Shown here: positions 9,891-19,700 of the stretch, piece after piece
How the letters are laid out: the number at the start of each line of letters is the position of its first letter
How positions within the stretch are numbered: the stretch's first letter is position 1
Origin: an archaeon
Lineage (GTDB): Archaea; Iainarchaeota; Iainarchaeia; Iainarchaeales; Iainarchaeaceae
Length of the DNA stretch: 64,000 nt
Assembly: GCA_035289485.1 (NCBI GenBank)
Contig: DATDXA010000029.1
Coordinates: 2,691-66,690, forward strand
Direction of reading: 5' to 3'
Program-made: the position numbers and the translations under genes
Notes under the pieces: model-generated
Database searches by the model: none
What the model was told of the DNA's origin: nothing
The model's input: only the letters and a program-made list of their open reading frames with translations

Positions 9891-11174
9891 TCATCTCCCG
9901 ATACCAATGTACTTGAACCCAAGCGCCTGCATCTTTTCCTTATCATAAATATTCCTTCCGTCAACGATTATTTTTGTCTTCATGAGCTTCCCAAGCCTTG
10001 CAAAATCCAGCTCGCGGAACTCGTTCCACTCGGTGACAAGAATTATGGCGTCAGCGCCTTTGGCGGCATCATAGGGTGAATCCGCATATTCAATGCCTTT
10101 GAGGATTTTCTGCGCATTCTCTTTTGCAACGTGGTCGACTGCAAAAACTTTTGCTTTCGCGCCTACGAGAGCGTTCACGATTTCAGTGGAACTTGCCTCG
10201 CGCATGTCATCGGTGTCTGGCTTGAACGCGAGCCCGAGCACCGCTATTTTTTTGCCATCAAGAGTGCCAAGCTCCTTTTTGAGCTTTTGAAACGGGAGGG
10301 TTTTTTGCTCATCGTTCACCGCCTCAACCTGTGCTATTATCCTGAAATCATAGCCGGAATTCTCCGAAATTTTGCGCAGCGCCTGCACATCCTTTGGAAA
10401 GCAGCTGCCGCCATACCCGCATCCCGCACTGAGAAAATCCCTGCCAATGCGCGGGTCAGAACCCATGCCTTTGGCAACATCAGTGACATCAGCGCCAACA
10501 CGCTCTGAGAGGTTTGCGACCTCATTGATGAATGAAATCTTGGTGGCAAGGAAGGCATTTGAGGCATATTTTATCAGCTCGGCGCTCTCGGGGCTTGTCA
10601 TGATTATTTCCCTGCCAAGCGGCCGGTACAAATCGGCAATGGCATTTGCCGCGGCCTTATCATCAGAGCCTATCACGACCCTGTCAGGCTCCAAAAAATC
10701 CTTCACGGCCGAGCCTTCGCGCAAGAACTCGGGATTTGAGACAACTGAAAACCCGTGTTCCGAGAGCGCGGCTATTTTCTCCTTCACTTTTCTTGCGGTG
10801 CCAATCGGAACAGTGCTCTTGTGAACGACAATTTTTCTAGAGTTCATGCTTTTCCCTATCGTGTCCGCTGCCTGCATCACATATTTGAGGTCGGCCTCGC
10901 CGTCCTGCCCTTGCGGAGTCCCCACGGCAATGAAAATTATCTCGGAATCCTTCACCGCCATTGCAGTGTCAGTTGAAAATGAGAGCCTTTTCTCCCGCGC
11001 GTTTTTTTTGACGAGCGCCTCAAGGCCGGGCTCGTAAATCGGGATTTTTCCCCCCCTAAGCGAGGAAATCTTCTTTTCATCAACATCAATGCAGATGACT
11101 TCATTTCCAAGGTCCGCAAGGCACGCGCCCGCCACAAGACCGACATAGCCTGTTCCAATTACCGCTATCCTCAT
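9891..11174 (-). CDS. ugd: UDP-glucose 6-dehydrogenase.
   Basis: MRIAVIGTGYVGLV, the catalytic GGSCFPKD and a C-terminal UDPG_MGDP_dh domain. Length is 427 aa. Confidence 0.92.
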   Translation of the reverse strand: MRIAVIGTGYVGLVAGACLADLGNEVICIDVDEKKISSLRGGKIPIYEPGLEALVKKNAREKRLSFSTDTAMAVKDSEIIFIAVGTPQGQDGEADLKYVMQAADTIGKSMNSRKIVVHKSTVPIGTARKVKEKIAALSEHGFSVVSNPEFLREGSAVKDFLEPDRVVIGSDDKAAANAIADLYRPLGREIIMTSPESAELIKYASNAFLATKISFINEVANLSERVGADVTDVAKGMGSDPRIGRDFLSAGCGYGGSCFPKDVQALRKISENSGYDFRIIAQVEAVNDEQKTLPFQKLKKELGTLDGKKIAVLGLAFKPDTDDMREASSTEIVNALVGAKAKVFAVDHVAKENAQKILKGIEYADSPYDAAKGADAIILVTEWNEFRELDFARLGKLMKTKIIVDGRNIYDKEKMQALGFKYIGIGR

Positions 11175-11271
11175 TTCGGAAACCTTTCAAATCGGTTTAA
11201 TCTGCAAAAAAAGACTGAAATTAATACTAACAAAAGGTGCCGCACACATTTTAAATGAAATTGGTACAACC

Positions 11272-11320
11272 TTTTTCTTTCCTTTAACAAGGAAAGAAAA
11301 ATGTTGACGAAAAAGAAAGG
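11272..11320. promoter_or_regulatory. Perfect 13-bp inverted repeat (TTTTTCTTTCCTT-taac-AAGGAAAGAAAAA) followed by TGTTGACGAAAAAGAAA, in the divergent promoter region.
   Basis: Read directly from the sequence. It is homologous to the repeat units at 50086-50300 (see findings). Confidence 0.6.
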
Positions 11321-11383
11321 TGTAAAGCCTAGGGCATAAATCAACCAAAAAGGCTATATTTGCCCTGCGCGCAATTATGCTCT

Positions 11384-12118
11384 ATGAAAATAACACAGGC
11401 ATTTGTGCTTGCTGGCGGAAAAGGTGAGAGGCTGCGCCCGCTAACAGATAAGATTCCAAAGCCGCTTGTTGAGGTTTCAGGAAAACCGATTCTGCAATAT
11501 TGCATAGAAAGCCTAGCTTCGCACGGAGTGAAAGAAATAATCCTTGCAACCGGGCACATGCATGAAAAGGTGGAGAAATATTTCGGCTCTGGGGAAAAAT
11601 TCGGCGTGAACATTGTCTACTCCGTTGAAGAGGAGCCGCTTGGAACCGGAGGCGCGCTAAAGGAAGCGGAACAGATGCTTGATTGGAATTTTTTCATGCT
11701 GAATGGGGACAACATCGCGGATTTTGATTTTACGGACATGGCAAAACAGCATTTTTCGAGCGGCGCGCTTGCAACAATTGCGCTCAAAGAGGTTGCGGAT
11801 GTTTCCGGATTCGGAGTTGCAAGGATTGATGGAAAGAGAATTGTGGAATTTGTTGAGAAGCCTAAAATCGGGGAGGAGCCGAGCCATTTGGTGAATGCGG
11901 GAGCTTACATTATCCAAAAGGATGCGCTTGAAATGCTGCCCGCGGGATTCAATTTGATTGAAAGAACGCTTTTTCCAAAGCTCGCGCAGGGCGGGAAACT
12001 TTTTTGGTTCACGCACAGGGGATTGTGGCTGACCACGGATACGCCGCAGCGGCTGAAGGCGGCAGAAAAAGAAATCTCGCAAAAAAAACAGGTGAAATTT
12101 TCCGGGCAGTTCATTTAA
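11384..12118 (+). CDS. Sugar-phosphate nucleotidyltransferase (RmlA/ManC-like).
   Basis: MKITQAFVLAGGKGERLRPLTDKIPKPLVEV. The start is probably the second Met at 11384. Confidence 0.8.
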   Translation: MKITQAFVLAGGKGERLRPLTDKIPKPLVEVSGKPILQYCIESLASHGVKEIILATGHMHEKVEKYFGSGEKFGVNIVYSVEEEPLGTGGALKEAEQMLDWNFFMLNGDNIADFDFTDMAKQHFSSGALATIALKEVADVSGFGVARIDGKRIVEFVEKPKIGEEPSHLVNAGAYIIQKDALEMLPAGFNLIERTLFPKLAQGGKLFWFTHRGLWLTTDTPQRLKAAEKEISQKKQVKFSGQFI

Positions 12119-12151
12119 AAAGAAGTTCAGGGCTGAAGTATAACGATTTTT

Positions 12152-15040
12152 TTGGCACATACTTTTACGAATAAAGCGATTTTGCTCGCATTCTTCGCGC
12201 TTTTTGCGGGATTTTCAGTTGCGGCGCCAACACTTGGTTCGGTTAGCGATTCACCTGACCCCCTTACTGCGGGAGCCGCAATAACTTTTACCGCAAGTGC
12301 ATCAACTCCGGATGGGCTCCCATTCAAGCTGATTGTTTGCAAAACAGGGAACGATTCTTCCTGCACGAAATGGTGCGAGGATGCGGATTTGAACAGCAGC
12401 GCCACGGCCTCGGAGTGCACATATACAACGAGTGCTGCAGACATTGGCGCAAAGGATTACAACGCACTTGTCTGCGACACGAACAGCCCAGCACAATGCT
12501 CTGGAATTCAGGCAGGAACATTTACAGTGAATGCGGCAGCGGACACAACGCCCCCGGCTGCGGGAGTAAAGGACATTAACGGCGACACTTCGGCCCCCTA
12601 TTGGGCAAGAACTGACCAGCCAGTGAATCTTGTGTTAAATATTGGGGAGAGCAGCGGGGAATGCAAATGGAGCGATGCGAATTGGGGCGCATCCGCATAC
12701 GCTGATGTTGGAAATGCCTGCACGACATCTGGAAACGAGGCGGCATGCGGCCTTGGCGCGAAAAGCCAGACAACAGGCACGGACATCAATGTGTTTTACA
12801 ACTGCAAGGATTCTTCTGGAAATGCAACGGGTGGAATCTTGGCAACATATGGCGTTGACTTTACTGCGCCAACCGGCTCGATTTCGGCAAGCGTTTCTGA
12901 AAACAACGCGACCGCGACATACTCGGGTTCGGACGCACATAGCGGGCTGCAAAAATACGAGATAGGCCTTGATGGCGGCAGCTATACTGACAAGGGAACA
13001 GCAACAACACACAGCTTCAGCGGCCTTGGGAACGGCGACCACAACTTCACCGTAAGAATCACGGACAATGCGGGCAATTCCACAACATTTACTGACACAA
13101 AAAATGTAAATTTCAGCTCTTCTGCTGTCGGCACACTTGATATCAACTCAGCAACGCACCCACAGAACGATTGGAAAAGCAATAGCGGCCCGGAATTCGC
13201 CTGGACAAGCGCCTCGAATGCATCAAAATACAGGTATGCACTTAGCACAAGTTCTGACACCGTGCCGGACTCGAACAACGAGACCACGGAGAGGGCAAAA
13301 TCATATTCCGGAATCGGCGATGGCGAGCGCTGGTTCCATGTGCGCGGGTGCAATTCCTCAAATGAATGCGGCACCACTTCCCATTACAGGATAAGGATTG
13401 ACACGACCGCGCCCGAGCCTGTCTCGAATATCAGCGGCTTTAGCCAGTCGAATGGCAGCATCTACATCACATGGGGCGCGCCAACCGACACTTCTGGCAT
13501 AAAGGAATACATTGTTTATAGGAGCATTTTCGAAAAAGTCGGAAGCAGGGATTTCGTGCCAAGCGATACCGGAGTAAAGGCATTCACAGGCATAGCAGCA
13601 ACCAATTTCACGGACAGGAACGGCCTGGAACTCGGCCAAGTTTATTATTACAGGATAAGGGCAGTTGACAATGCGCTCAACCAGGGCAGCATGAGTTCTG
13701 TTCAAAAAATCCAAAATTCCGGAAGCTCGTGCCAGCTCGAAATTTCCTCGAATGTGCCGCAGTACACCAAAGGCGGCACCCTCAACATCCAGATAACAAT
13801 TGCAGGCGGCCAGATTGCGAATACTACCTTGAGGATAAAAACTCCGGGCAAGGATTACATCAAGCTGCTCGAATCGCAGAAAGGGACAAGCATCACAAAG
13901 GCAATCGATGTGCCTGCGGATTCTGGGGATGGGATTGTAGAGCTTGAAGGCAAGGATGAAAGGGGCAACGCGTGCAAGAAGCAGTTCGGCTTCACTGTGG
14001 ATTCTGAAAAGCCCTCGGTTGAGATAAGCGCGCCTCAGGAAGGCACTTCGCTGAAAGGGAACGTGAAAGTAACTGCCAAGGTCACTGATGCTTTTTCAGG
14101 AGTTGATACTGTTTCACTCTTGGTTGATGAAAAGAGCGCAGGCACATTGCAAAAAAACGGCGACAATTATGAAATTACCTGGAACTCCAACTCAATATCG
14201 GCAGGTAGGCACACTCTTGCGGCGGTGGCAAAGGACAAGGCTGGCAATGAAGGCAGGGCGGAGATTGAAATAAACGCTGGCAATTCGGAGGATGGCATTT
14301 TCCTTCGCAAGGAATATTCATATGTTGAGAGCAATGTGCCCTCGCAGCTAAAAGCCGCCGGGCTAAAGGACGCATACATTAAGAGGGCGCAGCAGCTAAT
14401 AGAAGAAAATTCCCCGACAAGAAGCCTTGTGATTACCAAAACCGCATCAGGGCTTAAGGCGGATATTGTAATCAGGGTGAAAAACAGCGGCTCAACAAAA
14501 TCTTTGCAGGCAATTGAGGTGATACCAAAGGGCGTGATTGGAAACGCAAGGGACATCACAAGTTCAGAGAGCTTTGTGGTTGTGCAGGCGGACCCAATCA
14601 TAAGGTTTGACCTCGGAGAAGTTGAAACGGGGGAGGAAATGAGCATTTCATACAACGTTGGAACAGGCCTTGCGGACTGGCAGGCAAACCTCATAGCTGA
14701 AGCGTTCGATTCGTACGAGGCGCCTCCCGTAATACTTGAGGGAGATGCAAAGGATGCGATTGAAGCCTCACAGACAAGTGACCTGATATTTTGGATTTTC
14801 ATCGCGGCGGTTGCAATAATTGTGCTCATCTTGGCGGTTGCTGTAGTTGGCGGGGGCGCATTCATTTTGCACAGGCATATCAAGACAAGGGATTCGGGCT
14901 TTGGAAATGTTAAAGATAAAGATAAGCCCCTGCGACACGTAGAGACCGTGCCTGCAAGGCCGCCGCGCACAAAAAGAGAGCCCAAAAGCAAAGGAAAATT
15001 TGCATTCGGGAAGGAAGACTCTGGCGATAAGCCGCAGTAA
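12152..15040 (+). CDS. Large secreted surface protein with Ig/FN3-like domains and a C-terminal transmembrane anchor. S-layer or adhesin-like.
   Basis: N-terminal hydrophobic signal (AILLAFFALFAGFSVAAPTLG). FN3-like segments with YYYRIRAVDNALNQGS. C-terminal TM helix IFWIFIAAVAIIVLILAVAVVGG followed by a basic tail. Many N-x-S/T sequons. The start codon is TTG. Confidence 0.7.
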   Translation: MAHTFTNKAILLAFFALFAGFSVAAPTLGSVSDSPDPLTAGAAITFTASASTPDGLPFKLIVCKTGNDSSCTKWCEDADLNSSATASECTYTTSAADIGAKDYNALVCDTNSPAQCSGIQAGTFTVNAAADTTPPAAGVKDINGDTSAPYWARTDQPVNLVLNIGESSGECKWSDANWGASAYADVGNACTTSGNEAACGLGAKSQTTGTDINVFYNCKDSSGNATGGILATYGVDFTAPTGSISASVSENNATATYSGSDAHSGLQKYEIGLDGGSYTDKGTATTHSFSGLGNGDHNFTVRITDNAGNSTTFTDTKNVNFSSSAVGTLDINSATHPQNDWKSNSGPEFAWTSASNASKYRYALSTSSDTVPDSNNETTERAKSYSGIGDGERWFHVRGCNSSNECGTTSHYRIRIDTTAPEPVSNISGFSQSNGSIYITWGAPTDTSGIKEYIVYRSIFEKVGSRDFVPSDTGVKAFTGIAATNFTDRNGLELGQVYYYRIRAVDNALNQGSMSSVQKIQNSGSSCQLEISSNVPQYTKGGTLNIQITIAGGQIANTTLRIKTPGKDYIKLLESQKGTSITKAIDVPADSGDGIVELEGKDERGNACKKQFGFTVDSEKPSVEISAPQEGTSLKGNVKVTAKVTDAFSGVDTVSLLVDEKSAGTLQKNGDNYEITWNSNSISAGRHTLAAVAKDKAGNEGRAEIEINAGNSEDGIFLRKEYSYVESNVPSQLKAAGLKDAYIKRAQQLIEENSPTRSLVITKTASGLKADIVIRVKNSGSTKSLQAIEVIPKGVIGNARDITSSESFVVVQADPIIRFDLGEVETGEEMSISYNVGTGLADWQANLIAEAFDSYEAPPVILEGDAKDAIEASQTSDLIFWIFIAAVAIIVLILAVAVVGGGAFILHRHIKTRDSGFGNVKDKDKPLRHVETVPARPPRTKREPKSKGKFAFGKEDSGDKPQ

Positions 15041-15150
15041 ATTTTTGGCAAAAGCCCCCTAAAAGCCCCACTATTGAAATTGAACGTTTTTTTAGTGAAT
15101 CCGCCGTATTTTAATTTTTTCCCCCCTTTTCCTTTGAAGTGAACTGAAAA

Positions 15151-16296
15151 ATGTACATGGCAACTGTAATTGGAGCAGGGCCTGCGGGGCTTGCCGCCGC
15201 AAAGCGCATACAGGAGAGGGGCTGGAAAACCGCGGTAATCGAGGAGCACCCTGTGGTTGGAGACCCTGTTGCATGCACGGGGCTAATTAGCGCAACCGGA
15301 GTGCAATCTCTAAACATCCGCAAGGAAACCGAGGAAGTTCTCATGAATAAAATTCGCGGGGCGCAGATTTTCTCGCCAAACCACGAGATGATTGAAATAA
15401 AGAGAAGCGAAACAGTAGCATATGTCGTTGACCGCGCGGGGTTTGACCGCGTGCTTGCAAGGAACGCAACCAATGCGGGGGTTGATTTGAAGACTAGCAC
15501 GAGAATGATTGATATCCGCAATGAAACGATTTTTGTCGAGCACAAGGGGCGCGGCGAGCTCTTAAAATCCAAGGTTATTGTGGGCGCGGATGGCGTGAAT
15601 TCTAGGACAAGGAAAATAATGGGAATCAACACAACCGCCGCGGATTACGTGCACGCATACCAGGTGGACGCAACAGGAAAATTCGACCCGCGGTATGTGC
15701 AGCTCTTTTTCGGGGATTATGCGAAGGATTTTTTCGCATGGATTGTTCCTGAGAGCGAAACCCGCGCGCGCGTCGGGCTTGCAAGCACTTCCGGAAACAT
15801 TCGGAAAGATTTCAATGTTTTCGCAAATGAGAAGAATGTGGGCGGGGAATTCTGCGACATGTGCAGCTCATTAATCCCGATAGGAGAGCCGCTCAAAACC
15901 GTGGCAAAGGACAATGTGCTTTTGGTGGGAGATTCTGCCTTCCAGACCAAAGCGACCACGGGCGGCGGAATAATCACAGGAATGATTGCCGGGCAGATTG
16001 CAGGAGATGTCATTCACAAGCACTTCAAGGACAACGCGACCCTTAAGAACTATGAAAAGGATGTTGTGAACCTCAATAAGGAGCTGCGGCTTCACTGGAA
16101 GATAAGGCAGTACATGAACAGCAAAAGCGAGGACCAGATTGACAGGCTTTTTAGGGGCATGAACAAGGCAAAAATCGGCGAATTCCTTTCTGAACATGGC
16201 GATATGGACATGCCGAGCAAATTTGTGGGAAAAGTCCTCACAAAGCCGTCGATGTGGAGGCTTTTTCCGGAAGCGCTTAGGTTAATTGGCACATAA
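15151..16296 (+). CDS. Geranylgeranyl reductase family flavoprotein (digeranylgeranylglycerophospholipid reductase-like).
   Basis: FAD-binding N-terminus VIGAGPAGLAAAKRIQERG...VIEEH...ACTGLIS, and a GDSAF motif near residue 250. Confidence 0.8.
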   Translation: MYMATVIGAGPAGLAAAKRIQERGWKTAVIEEHPVVGDPVACTGLISATGVQSLNIRKETEEVLMNKIRGAQIFSPNHEMIEIKRSETVAYVVDRAGFDRVLARNATNAGVDLKTSTRMIDIRNETIFVEHKGRGELLKSKVIVGADGVNSRTRKIMGINTTAADYVHAYQVDATGKFDPRYVQLFFGDYAKDFFAWIVPESETRARVGLASTSGNIRKDFNVFANEKNVGGEFCDMCSSLIPIGEPLKTVAKDNVLLVGDSAFQTKATTGGGIITGMIAGQIAGDVIHKHFKDNATLKNYEKDVVNLNKELRLHWKIRQYMNSKSEDQIDRLFRGMNKAKIGEFLSEHGDMDMPSKFVGKVLTKPSMWRLFPEALRLIGT

Positions 16297-16610
16297 ATGC
16301 GCGCAAAATATTTTTTTCTTTCACCTGCGCGCGCAAAAAATGCGTTTATATAAATATTTTGTTTTTTTCTAAAAAAAATTTCATTCCAAATCTGTTTTTC
16401 CAATATATTAAAGAATAATAATACGGAAATTTTGCGCCGCACGGAAAAATTTATTTTGTAACGGGAATAAATGTCACAGGCGCGCGGAAAAATCACAAAC
16501 AATACTAAAAAAATAATTTTTGCGCTTCGGAAAAAATCTTTTAGTGAAATTCGCAAACAAAAAATAATTTTTGCAAAATTTCCGCAAAAAAAATTAACAG
16601 CGGGAGCTGA

Positions 16611-16618
16611 TTTATAAA
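16611..16618 (+). promoter_or_regulatory. TATA box (TTTATAAA) for the giant adhesin gene.
   Basis: Canonical archaeal TATA element. It lies about 90 bp upstream of the hydrophobic signal-peptide coding region. Confidence 0.45.
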
Positions 16619-16702
16619 GACATCTCAACGAAGATAAACTGGTGTGGGGGAATTCAGACGAACTTTGATAAACTGCAGCACGGAAATTCAAATTTCATAA
16701 AA

Positions 16703-19700
16703 ATATTTTCAATCTTTTTCTCATTGATTATTATTTCAGCTGCGGCAAGCGCGGCGCATGAAGCAAATGTAACTCTTACACCAAACATTACAACCTGTTC
16801 TGAAGAAGGAAATACTTTCAATGTAAGTGTTGAAAACACTCCAGGAAGCACTGATGACATAATACAGGTTGAAATTTACAAAGCATTAGCAGGAATTTCA
16901 AATTTTTCCTGCGGTAGCGCACCGTTCGGATGGACATTGTTCTCGTTTATCGACAGATGTATATATGTGACAGAGCTTGCAGGTACAGAAAAAATTGCGC
17001 CAACTGAAACCCTTAATTTTACATTTGATGCTACAATGAACAGTAATGCCTGTATAAGCAACTTCACTGTGGTAACAGTCGATGACGCAACTCCGGTTGG
17101 AGACCGCGACACTCACCTTAAAGGCGTTTCAATCGACTGCACCCCGCCGATTGTGCAGAAATTTGTTGGCGACCCTGCAATACCGCTGACATGCGATGCA
17201 AAGGACATTAACGCGCAGGGCGGAGCAAATCTCGCGTGCAACTTCTGGATTACCGATGACACCATACTAAGCTTTTCAGCACAGGACAATAATACGGTTC
17301 TTGACGTGAATAAGCATATAATCCAGGCTGATGGCAACCTAATGTGCGACACTGGACTTGCTTACTGCCAGTGGAAATATGATGTTGACGGCTCTGCCCC
17401 TGAAAATTGGGAAAATGAATGTGAAAATAATTATGGGGGAATTTACGAAAATGGATGGTGTAAATTCTCAAATGGCAATACTTGGCAATTATCTGGCATT
17501 AAATTTGATGAGGACTCACAGCACAATATAGAAGTTGAGTGCTTTGACAATGCCGGAAATTCCACTTCAATTGAAGAAACCGACAAGGTCGACCAAACAG
17601 ACCCTGAGACGATTAAGACCCTCGGAGAGCCAAAAAAAGTTGTTGGGAATATTGAATGGATTAGCACTTCAACTCCGATAACACTCGCGCCAAATGACCC
17701 TGACCCGAGCGGATTTTCGTGCAATATTGGTGTTGATGAAACCAAATGGGTGAATATACTCGCGCCAGGCGGTCCAATACTAAGTCAGGATGATTTCTGC
17801 AATTATCCGGAGCTTTACTGTAACTCAAATTATATCAATACTCAAGACGAAAGCCTAAATTGGCAGGATTACACAGGGTCGTTCACAAAGGACGAGGAAT
17901 CGTGCCACGTGCTCATGTACTACAGCACTGATTTGATAGGCAATACACAAGACATCAACTTTAATTGCTTCTTTGTTGACGATACGCCACCTGCAATTGT
18001 AAAAGAGATAGGCGAGCCCAGTTCCGGCGACTGCCCTCCGGGACAAGAGGACTTATGTTACATAACTTCGGACACTAATATCACATTGCACTGCACAGAT
18101 ACAGGCCCTCACCCATCAGGCGGAGAAGTCGCCTGGTATAGGTACAGGTACACAGAAGACGGAAATACATGGAGCGACTGGCTGCCAACACTTGAAGATT
18201 GTGAAGGTCCGGAGTATGACACCAACGGGAATTGGTGCGACTGGAACGTTCAGAAGAAAGTTCACCTCCCTGAAGATTCGCTCCATCAACTGCAGTGGTA
18301 CTGCGAGGATGCGGTCGGAAACAAGAGCGAAATTGATGATGAATTCATAAGAGTTGACAATGAGCCGCCGACAATAACAAAGACAATGCTTGGCGATGCC
18401 AATGTTGATTATTTGGGAGACTGCCCGCCAGACCAGAACAGCAATGATGTCTGCTATGTTGCGGATAACGGAAGGGGTGGAGTGAATGTTTCAGTCACTG
18501 ATTTGGGCAACCCGGTGCACGCGGCAAACAACGTCACATGCAACTATGCGATGGAATGGGCAACTGATGAAAGTACCTGCCTTTTACACGCAGGAAGCTG
18601 GACAGGAACCACATGTGTGATTGATTCAGGATTATTTGTAGAACCTGACACGAACATACTCTTCGGCGAAGATTCAACGCACACCCTCAAAATCTGGTGC
18701 GCAGATTCGGTTGGAAACACAGCATATGATGAGGAAGTATTCCTAGTCGATTCAACGCCGCCGGTGTCAACCAAAACTTTCGGCCCTGAAGGGACGTTTT
18801 ACATTGAAGAAGAGTGCGAATACCAAGATGGATATGAGGGAGAGTATCAGTGCGAAGAAAAGGTCAAGGTTGAATGGATAGACACCAACACCCTCATTGA
18901 CATCAATGCAACAGACAACAAGGTCGGTGTTGACAAGACTTATTACAAGGTAATTGGGCCGGTTGATGATGTGGTCTGTGAGACGCAGTGCGAAGCATGG
19001 CAGGCATATGAAGAGCAAACAGAAGACTGGAACGTTTACACAGGGCCATTCAACGGCATCGGACAGTCGTGCCATGTGCTTGAATATTACAGCGTTGACA
19101 AGCTTGGCAATACTGAACAAACAAAGTACAATTGCTTCTTTGTGGATAAGACAGTTCCGTTAGTGGGCAAGATTAATGGTGACGAAGAGAACATTGCAAT
19201 TGCAGATTCAGGGGAGGCACTTTTCACGAATGCGAACAATCCGGATGGAAATTTCCACTGGGTTACAAGCTCAACGCCCATAACGATTACATGCACAGAC
19301 CAGCTCCCGCACCCTTCAGGAGTCCGAGAAGTCGGATTCAAGGTCGCATACGACCAGCCGGCATGGCCAACAGATGTCACGACGGATTATTGTGAAGGAG
19401 AGGTCGATGAGAGCGGATACTGCATAGCACAGCTCCAAAACGACAGCTTCACATTCTATTTCAATGAAGAAGAGGAGTCAATGCACAGCCTTGAGTACTA
19501 CTGCATAGATAATGTCGGCAAGGAAAGCGGAGTGCACAAGCAATATTACAAGGTAGATGACACTCCGCCGCAGTTCCAGAAAATTATCAGCGGGCCTTCA
19601 TATGGCGACTGCTCATTTGCAGGAACGGCAACTCCGGATTCAAACTGTTACGTTGACACTGCAACTTCAATTGATTTGAATATAGTCGACGGCGGAGCAA

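Noticed and set aside
16092-16691. 199-aa minus-strand ORF across the AT-rich region upstream of the adhesin.
   Set aside because: It spans low-complexity A/T-rich promoter DNA and overlaps the 3' end of the reductase gene. It is most likely non-coding.
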